Source: Microgenomates group bacterium (lineage in GTDB: Bacteria > Patescibacteriota > Microgenomatia > Daviesbacterales > UBA10151). Taken from it: 64,000 nucleotides of DNA. The DNA is taken from assembly GCA_041659805.1 (NCBI GenBank), contig JBAZXP010000001.1, positions 320,589 through 384,588 of the forward strand, written 5' to 3'. Position numbers and translations under genes: made by a program. Shown here piece after piece: positions 49,112 to 58,387 of the stretch; within the stretch, counting starts at the first letter, position 1; each line of letters opens with the position of its first letter. The notes beneath the pieces were generated by a model that worked only from the letters and a program-made list of their open reading frames with translations, did no database searches and was not told the DNA's origin.

Positions 49112-50461
49112 GTGAGTAACATAGCACAAATTTTTGAAAAAAAATCACTGGTTGTAGTTTTTGCTTATATGTCCGCCGGTTTAGGTCACCTTCGAATCAC
49201 AGATGCATTATTTCATGGGTTGCCTGATGAAGTTGATCCTTTGCTCTTTGCCCCTGAAGATCCATTGACGTCCTTTTTTCATAGGATGACTTCCGTAAAT
49301 GCTCTTGCTAAAAGAATCTTAGAATGGTCACAAAATGGTACACCTGAAGATATTTACACTAAATTTTTCCGTTGGTTTTTACGGTCTAATACAGAAAAAA
49401 TTTATAATGATCTCTCTTTAGTTTATGCTCAAAGAACGAGTTTGCCAAAAACTGTTTTAATTGTTTGCACACATTTTGGTATGGCGTTACAGTTTGTGGC
49501 AATTAAGAAAAAATTTGAACAAGAAAAACACGTTAAGATAATTATTGTGATGCAGGTTACTGATGATTCACCTCAGCATCTTTGGTATGTGCCGGGAGTT
49601 GATATGACTTTTGTGCCAAGTGAAAAAACAAAACAAGAGCTGTTAGCCTATGGTAGAAAGCATAAACTTGGAGAGGTTCCGATGGAGGTTTTTCCTTATC
49701 CGGTTGATCCAATCATGGAAGTAAATTTAAACGATGATGAGTATCTGGAGAGGTTAAATCAACTTGATTCGAAGTCAAAAGCTTCAATTCATTTAGCAAT
49801 TCCGGTTTCAGGAGCAGCAGTGGGGATGACGTTTTTGACCCATATGATAGACACTCTTTATGATAAGTCAGAGAGATTTGTTTTTCATATTATTTCCAAA
49901 TCCACACCTTTTACACAAGATTTCTTAAAAGATATGGTAAATAGACCTTTTGTTAAGTTTGAAGTTTCTTTTTCATCACGGGAGATAATTGATAAGTACG
50001 CAGATCTTTATAAAAGACATGTAATTTCAATGGAAATTACAAAGCCATCTGAACAAGCGTTTAAAGCGCTGTTTTGTCCTAGGCAAAAAGGAGGAACAAT
50101 ACTTTTATTTTCTGAACCAGTTGGAAGACAAGAGTTTGATAATCTGAATTTTTTAAGAAGGCATCATTTGATTCCATTAAAAAGTGAAATGGATAAATTA
50201 TGGTATGAAGCAGAAAAGGGACTGATTATTGATGGGGGAGGGAAATGGATTATAGAAAATGCTAAACATTGGCGTGGTTTGGTTTTACCTCAAGGATCTC
50301 AGGCAGCAGCTGCTTTTATTTGGTGGTGTTTACAACAAGGAGTATTTAAAGAAATGGTTAAGAATTTTTATTGTCCTAAAGAGGATACAGAAGAACTCGG
50401 TTCTGATGGTGTCAGAAAATTTTGGGAAAAAGTAGGGGAGATTGTTGAGGAAAAAGCTTAG
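49112..50461 (+). CDS. Putative GT-B glycosyltransferase resembling MGDG/UgtP diacylglycerol glycosyltransferases
   Basis: SAGLGH, VCTHF, VTD....W......FVPSE, ITKP, P.G.QE..N..FL. Confidence 0.55.
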   Translation: MSNIAQIFEKKSLVVVFAYMSAGLGHLRITDALFHGLPDEVDPLLFAPEDPLTSFFHRMTSVNALAKRILEWSQNGTPEDIYTKFFRWFLRSNTEKIYNDLSLVYAQRTSLPKTVLIVCTHFGMALQFVAIKKKFEQEKHVKIIIVMQVTDDSPQHLWYVPGVDMTFVPSEKTKQELLAYGRKHKLGEVPMEVFPYPVDPIMEVNLNDDEYLERLNQLDSKSKASIHLAIPVSGAAVGMTFLTHMIDTLYDKSERFVFHIISKSTPFTQDFLKDMVNRPFVKFEVSFSSREIIDKYADLYKRHVISMEITKPSEQAFKALFCPRQKGGTILLFSEPVGRQEFDNLNFLRRHHLIPLKSEMDKLWYEAEKGLIIDGGGKWIIENAKHWRGLVLPQGSQAAAAFIWWCLQQGVFKEMVKNFYCPKEDTEELGSDGVRKFWEKVGEIVEEKA

Positions 50462-51621
50462 GTTATAGCTGCGCTTGTTGGAAGAAAAATACTGACTGTT
50501 GTGCCCTTTCCTTCTAAGCTATTTATATTAATATTGCCCTTATGAGCATCAATAATGGATTTACTGATAAAAAGTCCCAAACCCAGTCCGCTTGATAGTT
50601 CAGTTAAAGATTTTGTTGCTCCGTAGAATTTTTGAAACAGACGCGGAATCATATCCGGTGCGATGCCTTTGCCCTTGTCTGATACATGAATCGAAATTCC
50701 TTCCGGTTGCTTTTCCAGCTCGATTGTAACTTGCCCACCCGGATCACTATATTTAATACCATTGCCTATGATATTTGAAAATGCCTCTACGAGTAAGCTG
50801 GTATCTCCTAAAATAACAGGATATGGTTTTTGAGATTCTCCCACTGTTATTTTCATATTTTTTTCTCGGGCATTCGGGAGAAGACCTTCAATCGTTTGTT
50901 GGATAATATTTTCTATATCAATAGGTTTCAGATTTACTTTCAGCTCGCCTTTTTCAACCTTAGAAAGATTTAATAAATTCTCAATTAAAAATCCCATTCT
51001 ATCTGCTCCGATAATGGTTGAATCCAAAAACTCTTTTTCTTCGGAATTTAATTTCGGTGTAATTGAACTCTTTAAAATAAAAAGGTATCCTTTGATTGCA
51101 GTAAGTGGCGTTCTTAATTGATGGGCTGCAATTGCCACGAAGTTTAGTTTCATTTCCTCAAGCGCTATTTGTTTTGTAATGTCTTCTATGACATAGATAT
51201 TTCCTATTCCCAGATTTGATAGAGGATATGTTTTGACATTCACATCTAATTCTTCCTGGTCAATGGTTGTAAGTTCAACTTGAAAATTACGTTGGTCAGT
51301 GCTTTCAGATTTCGGTAAAACTTGGTCAATCGGTTTGCTTTGAGTTGCAGCCCAGGAAATTTTTAATATTTCCAAAGCCTTTCTGTTAACCCAAATAATA
51401 AGACCCAGATTATCTGTAACAATAACCCCGTCTTTAATTACTTGAGTAATTTCTTCAAAAATTTCTTTTTGTTTTTTTGCCTTTTGAAAATCAGGGCTTA
51501 TCAATATCTTTTCTGTAATTTTTTCTTTAACAGTATTTGAAACGAAGAGTCTTCCGATAAAAAAACCTATTGCTAAAAAAACCAAACTGATAATTACAGT
51601 CAGGGGCAGAACTAACTCCAT
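50458..51621 (-). CDS. Sensor histidine kinase (TM-PAS-HisKA-HATPase)
   Basis: AAHQLRTPLT H-box, N.IGNGIKYS, D.GKGI, GLGLGL. Confidence 0.95.
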   Translation of the reverse strand: MELVLPLTVIISLVFLAIGFFIGRLFVSNTVKEKITEKILISPDFQKAKKQKEIFEEITQVIKDGVIVTDNLGLIIWVNRKALEILKISWAATQSKPIDQVLPKSESTDQRNFQVELTTIDQEELDVNVKTYPLSNLGIGNIYVIEDITKQIALEEMKLNFVAIAAHQLRTPLTAIKGYLFILKSSITPKLNSEEKEFLDSTIIGADRMGFLIENLLNLSKVEKGELKVNLKPIDIENIIQQTIEGLLPNAREKNMKITVGESQKPYPVILGDTSLLVEAFSNIIGNGIKYSDPGGQVTIELEKQPEGISIHVSDKGKGIAPDMIPRLFQKFYGATKSLTELSSGLGLGLFISKSIIDAHKGNININSLEGKGTTVSIFLPTSAAIT

Positions 51622-51656
51622 ATATCAATCCTAGCACATTTGTTATACTGATTTTA

Positions 51657-53177
51657 ATGTTAGCTAAGGTAATATCCGGAGCCAATATTGGGATAGAATC
51701 CGTTCCTGTAACTGTTGAAATTGATATCGCTTCTCAAGGTTTACCCAGTTTCACTTTAGTAGGACTGGCTGATAGGGCTGTGGAAGAATCGCGTGAGAGG
51801 GTCAGGTCTGCCCTAAAAAATACCGGTGCAGATTTTCCTGCTAAAAGAATTACAGTGAACCTTGCTCCTGCTGATTTGCCTAAAGTAGGACCTGCTTTTG
51901 ATTTACCAATTGCTTTAGGATTGTTAGTTGCTTCAGGTCAGGTGGTTGCTGATTTATCAGACGCAATGTTAGTGGGAGAATTATCACTTGATGGAAGCTT
52001 GAGGTCTACTAATGGTGTTTTGGCTTTTACAATTTTGGCTAAAAGTTTAGGATTAAAGAGAATTTTTGTGCCAATTGATAATGCTAAAGAAGCAGCAGTT
52101 GTAGATGGAATTGAGGTTTATGGATTTGAAAATTTGCTGGAAGTATTTAACTTTTTAACAGGATCTTTAGAAAAATCTCCTGAGCCTTTATCAGATTTAG
52201 ACTTAGCCAGTGAATTACTTTATGAATATGATTTTAGAGAAATTAAAGGACAAAATCAGGCCAAAAGAGCAATGGAAATTGCAGCTGCTGGGGGACATAA
52301 CGTAATTTTAAAAGGACCACCAGGAGCTGGAAAAACATTACTAGCCCGGGCCTTTCCTTCTATTTTGCCAAAATTAACAAAAGATGAGGCTTTGGAAATT
52401 ACAAAGATATATTCTGTAACAGGAAATTTATCCAAAGGTTCATCACTTATTACCACCCGTCCATTCCGTTCTCCCCATCACACTGCGTCGTATGTTGGGA
52501 TTATCGGTGGAGGAAATAATATAAAACCTGGTGAGGTATCGCTTGCTCACCGGGGCGTATTATTTTTGGATGAATTACCAGAATTTCCCAGACAAGTGTT
52601 GGAGGCATTGCGACAACCGATAGAAGACAGAAAGGTTTCTATATCCCGCGCTAACGGAACTTTAACTTTTCCTTGTCAGTTTATACTACTGGCTGCCCAT
52701 AACCCGTGTCCTTGTGGATTTTTGGGTAGTTTAAAAAAGAATTGTTCTTGTTTGCCTGGACAAATTGCCAGATATAAAAAGAAAATCTCAGGGCCACTTT
52801 TAGATAGAATAGATATTCATTTAGATATACCTGCAGTAGAAGTTGAAAAATTAACAGGTGAAGAGGTGCCGGAAGATTCTAAAACAATAAGAGAAAGGGT
52901 AGAAGGCGCCCGAAAAATACAACAAAAAAGATTTAAAGGAAGCAGCACAATAACAAATTCTGAAATGAATAATATTCAAATAAAACAATATTGCGAGATT
53001 TCAAGAGATGCTTTAGAGCTTTTAAAGATGGCTATTTCCCAAATGAATTTATCTGCCAGAAGTTATTATAGAGTTTTAAAACTTTCCAGAACAATTGCAG
53101 ATCTTTCGAATTCTGAAGGAATTTTACCAGAACACATTGCAGAAGCTTTAACCTATAGATATAGGGAAGAAAATTGA
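51657..53177 (+). CDS. comM: YifB/ComM Mg-chelatase-like AAA+ ATPase
   Basis: ESRERVRSA, NLAPADLPK, GPPGAGKT, FRSPHH, PGEVSLAHRGVLFLDE, NPCPCG. Confidence 0.95.
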   Translation: MLAKVISGANIGIESVPVTVEIDIASQGLPSFTLVGLADRAVEESRERVRSALKNTGADFPAKRITVNLAPADLPKVGPAFDLPIALGLLVASGQVVADLSDAMLVGELSLDGSLRSTNGVLAFTILAKSLGLKRIFVPIDNAKEAAVVDGIEVYGFENLLEVFNFLTGSLEKSPEPLSDLDLASELLYEYDFREIKGQNQAKRAMEIAAAGGHNVILKGPPGAGKTLLARAFPSILPKLTKDEALEITKIYSVTGNLSKGSSLITTRPFRSPHHTASYVGIIGGGNNIKPGEVSLAHRGVLFLDELPEFPRQVLEALRQPIEDRKVSISRANGTLTFPCQFILLAAHNPCPCGFLGSLKKNCSCLPGQIARYKKKISGPLLDRIDIHLDIPAVEVEKLTGEEVPEDSKTIRERVEGARKIQQKRFKGSSTITNSEMNNIQIKQYCEISRDALELLKMAISQMNLSARSYYRVLKLSRTIADLSNSEGILPEHIAEALTYRYREEN

Positions 53178-53196
53178 GATAAGTATATTGTTTTTG

Positions 53197-53214
53197 TATA
53201 TCAAATTTGATATA
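53197..53214. promoter_or_regulatory. Perfect 18-bp palindrome overlapping the -10 box of the TA operon (likely antitoxin operator)
   Basis: TATATCAAATTTGATATA. Confidence 0.7.
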
Positions 53215-53219
53215 ATCCT

Positions 53220-53576
53220 ATGGAATTCAAGATAATTTTTTATAAGGATAAATTAGGAAATAATCTTATTGAAAAGTTTCTTCTTGAGTTAGAGAAAAGT
53301 AATAAGGTTCTGGTATCTCAAGTTCGAAAAGGAATTGAGAAACTAAGATATAGAGCTTATCATAAAGAACCTTTATCGAAATATTTGGAATTAAATTTGT
53401 GGGAACTCAGAGTCAAATCAGGATCAGATATTTTAAGGATTATATTTACTTTTAATAAGGGACAGATAGTAATCTTATTACATATATTTATTAAAAAACA
53501 GCAGAAAACTCCAGTAAATGAGTTGGAAATAGCTAGAAAAAGATTAAGAGAATTAAATAACAAAGGAGAAAAATAA
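53220..53576 (+). CDS. RelE/ParE superfamily (HigB/Gp49-like) toxin
   Basis: LWELRV, RI.F, VILLH.F.KK.QKTP..E...A. Confidence 0.9.
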   Translation: MEFKIIFYKDKLGNNLIEKFLLELEKSNKVLVSQVRKGIEKLRYRAYHKEPLSKYLELNLWELRVKSGSDILRIIFTFNKGQIVILLHIFIKKQQKTPVNELEIARKRLRELNNKGEK

Positions 53577-53577
53577 A

Positions 53578-53901
53578 ATGAAAAGAATAAAAGATGATCT
53601 GGATAGATTAACAGAAAAACTTTTAAAACAGGACCCTTCTTTTAAAGAGGAAATGGATAAGGCTGATCAAGCTTGGGATATTGCCTTGCAACTTTTTGAT
53701 TTAAGAAAAAAAATGGGGTTAACTCAAACGGAACTGGCAAAATTAGTCGGTACAAAACAATCTAATATTGCCAGGATTGAGTCTGCCGATTATACGGGCT
53801 ATACTTTCAAAACCTTAGAAAAAGTAACTAAAGCATTAAAAGCAAAATTAGAGATTAAAATCATTCCTCAAAATCAGTACAAACTGCTTAATCGTTTATA
53901 A
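53578..53901 (+). CDS. XRE-family HTH antitoxin (HigA-like)
   Basis: LRKKMGLTQTELAKLVGTKQSNIARIES; downstream of the toxin. Confidence 0.9.
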   Translation: MKRIKDDLDRLTEKLLKQDPSFKEEMDKADQAWDIALQLFDLRKKMGLTQTELAKLVGTKQSNIARIESADYTGYTFKTLEKVTKALKAKLEIKIIPQNQYKLLNRL

Positions 53902-53940
53902 TTTTATGGATATTGAGAAGAGAATTGATATAATCACTTT

Positions 53941-54402
53941 ATGAAAAGAGGAGTTGGTTATATTGGTGTTGGTGTGGGGGCAGCAATCTTTAATGATGAA
54001 GGGCAATTATTTATTACTCTTCGCGGAAAAGACGCTAAAAATGAACGGGGAAAATGGGAAATTCCTGGTGGAAGTGTGGAATATGGAGAAACTTTTGAAG
54101 AGGCCATAAAACGTGAAATAAAAGAAGAGCATGGAATAGAGATTAAAATTCTTGAATTGCTTGGAATATGTGATCATATAATTCCTGATGAACATCAACA
54201 TTGGGTTTCTCCCACCTATATTTGTAAAATTATAAAAGGAAAACCAAAAATTTTAGAGCCTAATAAATGTGAGCAATTTGGGTGGTTCTCAATTAAAGAA
54301 GCTGAAAAACTTCCATTATCAATAGTAACAAAATATGATATTCTTTTGCTAAAAAAGAAATACCCTAATGGTTTTAAAGTTGTAAAGAGACCTACAAGTT
54401 AA
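53941..54402 (+). CDS. NUDIX hydrolase
   Basis: Nudix box PGGSVEYGETFEEAIKREIKEE.G. Confidence 0.95.
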   Translation: MKRGVGYIGVGVGAAIFNDEGQLFITLRGKDAKNERGKWEIPGGSVEYGETFEEAIKREIKEEHGIEIKILELLGICDHIIPDEHQHWVSPTYICKIIKGKPKILEPNKCEQFGWFSIKEAEKLPLSIVTKYDILLLKKKYPNGFKVVKRPTS

Positions 54403-55184
54403 GAATCTTTTTTTAAGGCTAAAGCTTTCTCGCGTCTTTTCATAAATCTATTGAATTTTCTACTTGGTTCAATAACCATACTAGCAAATGATTGTTGAGC
54501 TAAAGTAAAGATAGTAAGGGATTCTTTTTCATCGCGATAAAATACGCTGGTTCTTTTTTCTTCAATATCCTGACGTAAATTGCGTTCATATCCGGTAACA
54601 ACTCTACCAACCGTTGTGTAATGTGAATCTGTTCCTCCAATAGCTGCACCAAGTTGATTTTGGTAATCTAAATAAAGATCTCTGGCGTTGTGATTTGCAT
54701 TACTGCGACGAATATCAAATACTCCACCATTAAATATTTCAAAACCATCGAAATAAATTCCGCTATCTTGATTGTTAATAATGGACAGTACCTTATTTTT
54801 CATTAAGGAACGGGTGAAAGCATATAACGGGTGGGGAGCTATTACTAAACCATTTTGTTTATGAATTTGCTCAATTGTCCATTCTACAGACTCACCACTG
54901 TGAATTTCTTCCTGTAAATATAATCCAATCAGATGTCCATTTTTAGTACTTATTTCACTTCCTATAATAACTTCCAAAGGAATATTATGTTTTAAACAAT
55001 AGTCTTTAGCTTGTAGGGCACCATGTATTACTTCATGATCTGTGATGGCAATTGCAGATAAGCCAATCGTATGTGCTAAATCCACCATGTATTCTGGAGG
55101 CGCTAATCCATCTGAACTGGTGGTATGAATATGGAGATCTGCCAAGGATAAATTTTCTGAATACCTTCCCCAGAATTCATTCAT
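54399..55184 (-). CDS. PHP-domain metallophosphoesterase
   Basis: DLHIHT..SDG, AITDH, G.EI...GH, APHP, GGTDSH. Confidence 0.9.
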   Translation of the reverse strand: MNEFWGRYSENLSLADLHIHTTSSDGLAPPEYMVDLAHTIGLSAIAITDHEVIHGALQAKDYCLKHNIPLEVIIGSEISTKNGHLIGLYLQEEIHSGESVEWTIEQIHKQNGLVIAPHPLYAFTRSLMKNKVLSIINNQDSGIYFDGFEIFNGGVFDIRRSNANHNARDLYLDYQNQLGAAIGGTDSHYTTVGRVVTGYERNLRQDIEEKRTSVFYRDEKESLTIFTLAQQSFASMVIEPSRKFNRFMKRREKALALKKDS

Positions 55185-55465
55185 AAAGAAGTGGTGATTT
55201 TTTTGAGATTATCAAAATCAGAATTTAAAACTTCAGGGTTAATTGTTTCTAGTTCAGTTTTTAAATTAGTTGATTTATCAAAGTTATATATAATTTCTGT
55301 CGGAGTTGGGATAAGGGTGGGCTTTGAATTTTGATTGTTTGGTAAGGCTGTCATAGGTTCAGTTTTTACCTGTGCTTTTGTTCTATTGAAAACTAAATTT
55401 CCTAAAAATATTAATATTGAAATAAGTATTAAACTTAAAAAAAATGTAACTAATCTATTTTTCAT
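55181..55465 (-). CDS. Hypothetical single-TM protein
   Basis: N-terminal TM, Pro/Thr-rich linker; overlaps the PHP start codon. Confidence 0.7.
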   Translation of the reverse strand: MKNRLVTFFLSLILISILIFLGNLVFNRTKAQVKTEPMTALPNNQNSKPTLIPTPTEIIYNFDKSTNLKTELETINPEVLNSDFDNLKKITTSL

Positions 55466-55498
55466 AATTTTTTCTTAAAAATTTCAAACTTGTTTATA

Positions 55499-56011
55499 TT
55501 AATTTATTGCCTTTTTCACTTCTGACTTAGCTCTTAAGATTTTATTTTGTAAACTTACTAAATTACTTTTTAAATTTGCAGCACTGTTATTTATTGCCCC
55601 TGCATAATTTCCACTACCAATTTGAGGTGTATAATCCTGAATCCTTTGATAGGCCAAAGCTTCTGCAGCATAGTTTAAATAATAAGCAGCAGTATCTAGT
55701 TTTGTATTTCCTTGTCCGTAAGCAACCACAGTTTTAGTAACATTTTGTCTGGATTTTTCTTCTTCCAAAATTGCAGATAATTTATCGATATCCAGCTGAA
55801 ATCTGTTACAAACTAATTGATTGATATTTTTTAACTCATTATCAGCTGTGATAATGGATTGTTTCTTTTGAGTATCCTGAATTTTGGATAAATTATTTTC
55901 GAAATTAGCCCTAGTTTGCTGGTAGATATCTTCTGGTGTAATTCTGGCAAAAGTAGGGGAGGCAAAAAAAAGATTTATAAAGATGACTAAAAATAATATC
56001 AGGCCTGCCAT
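55499..56011 (-). CDS. Hypothetical secreted helical protein
   Basis: Signal peptide ending ...PTFA; amphipathic helices. Confidence 0.75.
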   Translation of the reverse strand: MAGLILFLVIFINLFFASPTFARITPEDIYQQTRANFENNLSKIQDTQKKQSIITADNELKNINQLVCNRFQLDIDKLSAILEEEKSRQNVTKTVVAYGQGNTKLDTAAYYLNYAAEALAYQRIQDYTPQIGSGNYAGAINNSAANLKSNLVSLQNKILRAKSEVKKAIN

Positions 56012-56069
56012 AGAACTTATTATATATAAGCATTATATATAAACATAGCTTGAAATTTTTAGGAAAAAA

Positions 56070-56112
56070 TTATGAAAAACCCCACAGCTTTCACTGTAGG
56101 GGGTTTTCATAA
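56070..56112 (-). terminator. Long hairpin terminator downstream of the zinc-ribbon small gene
   Basis: TTATGAAAA..CCCACAG / CTGTAGGG..TTTTCATAA inverted repeat; A-run on the plus strand gives a minus-strand U-tract. Confidence 0.75.
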
Positions 56113-56140
56113 ATGGTGAATTCACCAATTGGTTTTTAAG

Positions 56141-56284
56141 TTAGACTTGAGAACCAATTTTGTACATTCCTGTACCACAAACTGAACAGACACCTTTAAC
56201 TGCTGGTTTACCGTTTTTCATTGTTACGTTTTGAGCATCGTTGGCATCTCTTTTTTGGCGACATTTTACGCAATACATTTGCAT
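56141..56284 (-). CDS. 47-aa zinc-ribbon protein, DUF5679-like (not in ORF track)
   Basis: My translation: MQMYCVKCRQKRDANDAQNVTMKNGKPAVKGVCSVCGTGMYKIGSQV; strong SD AAGGAGGTGA. Confidence 0.92.
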   Translation of the reverse strand: MQMYCVKCRQKRDANDAQNVTMKNGKPAVKGVCSVCGTGMYKIGSQV

Positions 56285-56302
56285 GTTGATATTCACCTCC
56301 TT

Positions 56303-56563
56303 TCAGATTTTGACTACAAACTTAAGCATTAACTGAACAAAAAGGGCAATTATAGCCAGAGTAGCTATTTTTAATAAATCTTTTCTAAGATAAGCCAAGT
56401 CTTGATGTTGATGGTGATCTAGCGTGAGCGTTGCAGATTGATTGGTAGCTGTCATCTTATTGTTTTGAACTTTGATATTTTTCTCTTTTCCGAAGAGTTG
56501 GATTTTTAAGGCCTGCAATCTTTTTTCTGTATCAGTCAATTCTTTTGCTTGAGAATAAGCCAT
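56303..56563 (-). CDS. Hypothetical protein with C-terminal TM anchor
   Basis: SD GGAGGT; TTGACA-N17-TAGGCT upstream; C-terminal hydrophobic helix. Confidence 0.75.
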   Translation of the reverse strand: MAYSQAKELTDTEKRLQALKIQLFGKEKNIKVQNNKMTATNQSATLTLDHHQHQDLAYLRKDLLKIATLAIIALFVQLMLKFVVKI

Positions 56564-56710
56564 TGTTTGTTAGTTTACCTCCAAAAGTGATTAGCCTTGG
56601 ACCATTTGAGCCTAACAGACTTTTTTGTGCCTGTCAAGCGTGAGATAAAAAATAGAGTATTCTCCGTTGACAAGGATCTTCTTTTTTAGGTAATATTAAA
56701 AGAGTAATTT

Positions 56711-57154
56711 ATGTATTCAGGAGAGGGCAGTATGTTTTTGATTCTTGGTGCTGCCGGACTCGTCTGGATGTTTGTTCTGAGCGTGATTGTTTGGAAAAAC
56801 ACTGTTTTTCTAAAAAAACTGTTTCCTGATAAGACAGGTGATTTTAAAGAAAAACTGGAAGAGTCATTGAGGGCAGTGGAAAGGGTTGAGAGCTTTCGGA
56901 AGAAAAACTTAGAGAATGTCCAGAAGGTATATTTGAAAAGGTATAATCCTTATCATGATACCGGAGGAGATCAAAGTTTTTCTGTCAGTTTACTGGATGG
57001 ACATGGTAACGGTTTAGTAATAACCAGTCTACATTCCAGATCCGGTACCAGAGTTTTTGCAAAACCGGTAAAGGGCGGCAAAGAGGGTGGGTTTGAATTT
57101 TCAGAAGAGGAAAAAGCAGTAGTAGAGAAAGCAATTTTAGGTAAAAATAATTAA
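56711..57154 (+). CDS. DUF4446-like protein
   Basis: N-terminal TM; RYNP..D.GGDQSFS..LLD..GNG.VI.SL.SR..TR.FAK. Confidence 0.85.
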   Translation: MYSGEGSMFLILGAAGLVWMFVLSVIVWKNTVFLKKLFPDKTGDFKEKLEESLRAVERVESFRKKNLENVQKVYLKRYNPYHDTGGDQSFSVSLLDGHGNGLVITSLHSRSGTRVFAKPVKGGKEGGFEFSEEEKAVVEKAILGKNN

Positions 57155-57155
57155 C

Positions 57156-58340
57156 ATGATGTCTTTTTTTAATAATTTAACAACAATTCAAAAAAGTTTA
57201 GTTGTCTCTATCGCATCTATTGTTTTATTTGTTGCTTCTGCAGGCTTGTCTTATTCTATTTTTTCCAAGCTATCCATCGGAGGAGGTGGAACGCAACAAT
57301 TAGCAACTGCTTTACCTTCTCCCGGGGCAGCATTTGAAGAAGACCCCAACGAACCAAAAACAGAAGTTTGTCCCTTAAACGGTGCAATGAAAACTAAAAG
57401 ATCAAAAGATAATTGGGTTACCAGATATCCTTTAGCGGTGATGATTGAAAATCACACCGAAGCGCGTCCTCAATCGGGTTTGTCTTATGCAGACGTAGTA
57501 TATGAAGCAGTCGCAGAAGGAGGGATCACACGGTTTATGGCTATATACCTATGTAATTTATCAGATGTGCAAGTTGGACCGGTCAGATCTGCCAGAACTT
57601 ATTATCTTGATTGGTTGTCAGAATATGATGCGTTGTATGCTCATGTAGGGGGAGCTAATACTCCGGGACCTGCTGATGCTTTAGGTCAGATTATTAAATA
57701 TAACATCAAGGATATGAATCAATTCAGTATTGGATTCCCGACTTTTTGGAGAGACTACCAAAGACTTGGACGTACTGTTGCCACAGAACACACAATGTAT
57801 TCCACAACCCAAAAACTCTGGGAAGTAGCTTCAAAAAGAGGATGGGTGAATAATGATTCTGTAAGGAAGTGGGAAGATGGATTTATTCAATGGAAATTTA
57901 AAGATGATCAAAAAAATGTTAACGCTGCATTGCCCACTGCCACAAATATTAATGTTGAGTTTTGGCAATCTTACGGAGATTTTAATGTAAATTGGAATTT
58001 TGATACAGCCTGTAATTGTTATAAGAGAAACAATGGCGGCTCGTCTCATCAGGACTTGGATAATAATCAGCAATTATCAGCCAAAAATGTAGTTGTTCAG
58101 TTTGAGAAAGAATCGAATGCAAATGACGGTTACGAAAATAACGCTCATTTGCTCTATAAAACAATTGGTGAAGGCAGGGCTTTAATTTTCCAGGATGGCA
58201 AAGTAATTGACGGAAAATGGAGTAAAGCTAACCGTTTGGCAAGAAGTAAGTATACTGATTCTAAAGGAAATGAAATAAGCTTTAACCGGGGTGTGATTTG
58301 GATCCAAACTGTTCGCGAGGGGTCTAAGACGAGTTATTAG
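57156..58340 (+). CDS. DUF3048-like exported protein
   Basis: PLAVMIEN...ARPQSGL..AD.VYE..AEGGITRF, GPVRSAR.YY. Confidence 0.88.
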   Translation: MMSFFNNLTTIQKSLVVSIASIVLFVASAGLSYSIFSKLSIGGGGTQQLATALPSPGAAFEEDPNEPKTEVCPLNGAMKTKRSKDNWVTRYPLAVMIENHTEARPQSGLSYADVVYEAVAEGGITRFMAIYLCNLSDVQVGPVRSARTYYLDWLSEYDALYAHVGGANTPGPADALGQIIKYNIKDMNQFSIGFPTFWRDYQRLGRTVATEHTMYSTTQKLWEVASKRGWVNNDSVRKWEDGFIQWKFKDDQKNVNAALPTATNINVEFWQSYGDFNVNWNFDTACNCYKRNNGGSSHQDLDNNQQLSAKNVVVQFEKESNANDGYENNAHLLYKTIGEGRALIFQDGKVIDGKWSKANRLARSKYTDSKGNEISFNRGVIWIQTVREGSKTSY

Positions 58341-58387
58341 GATCTAATAAGTCCTCCTGCCCAACAAAGAAAGGAGGTAATAAATAC

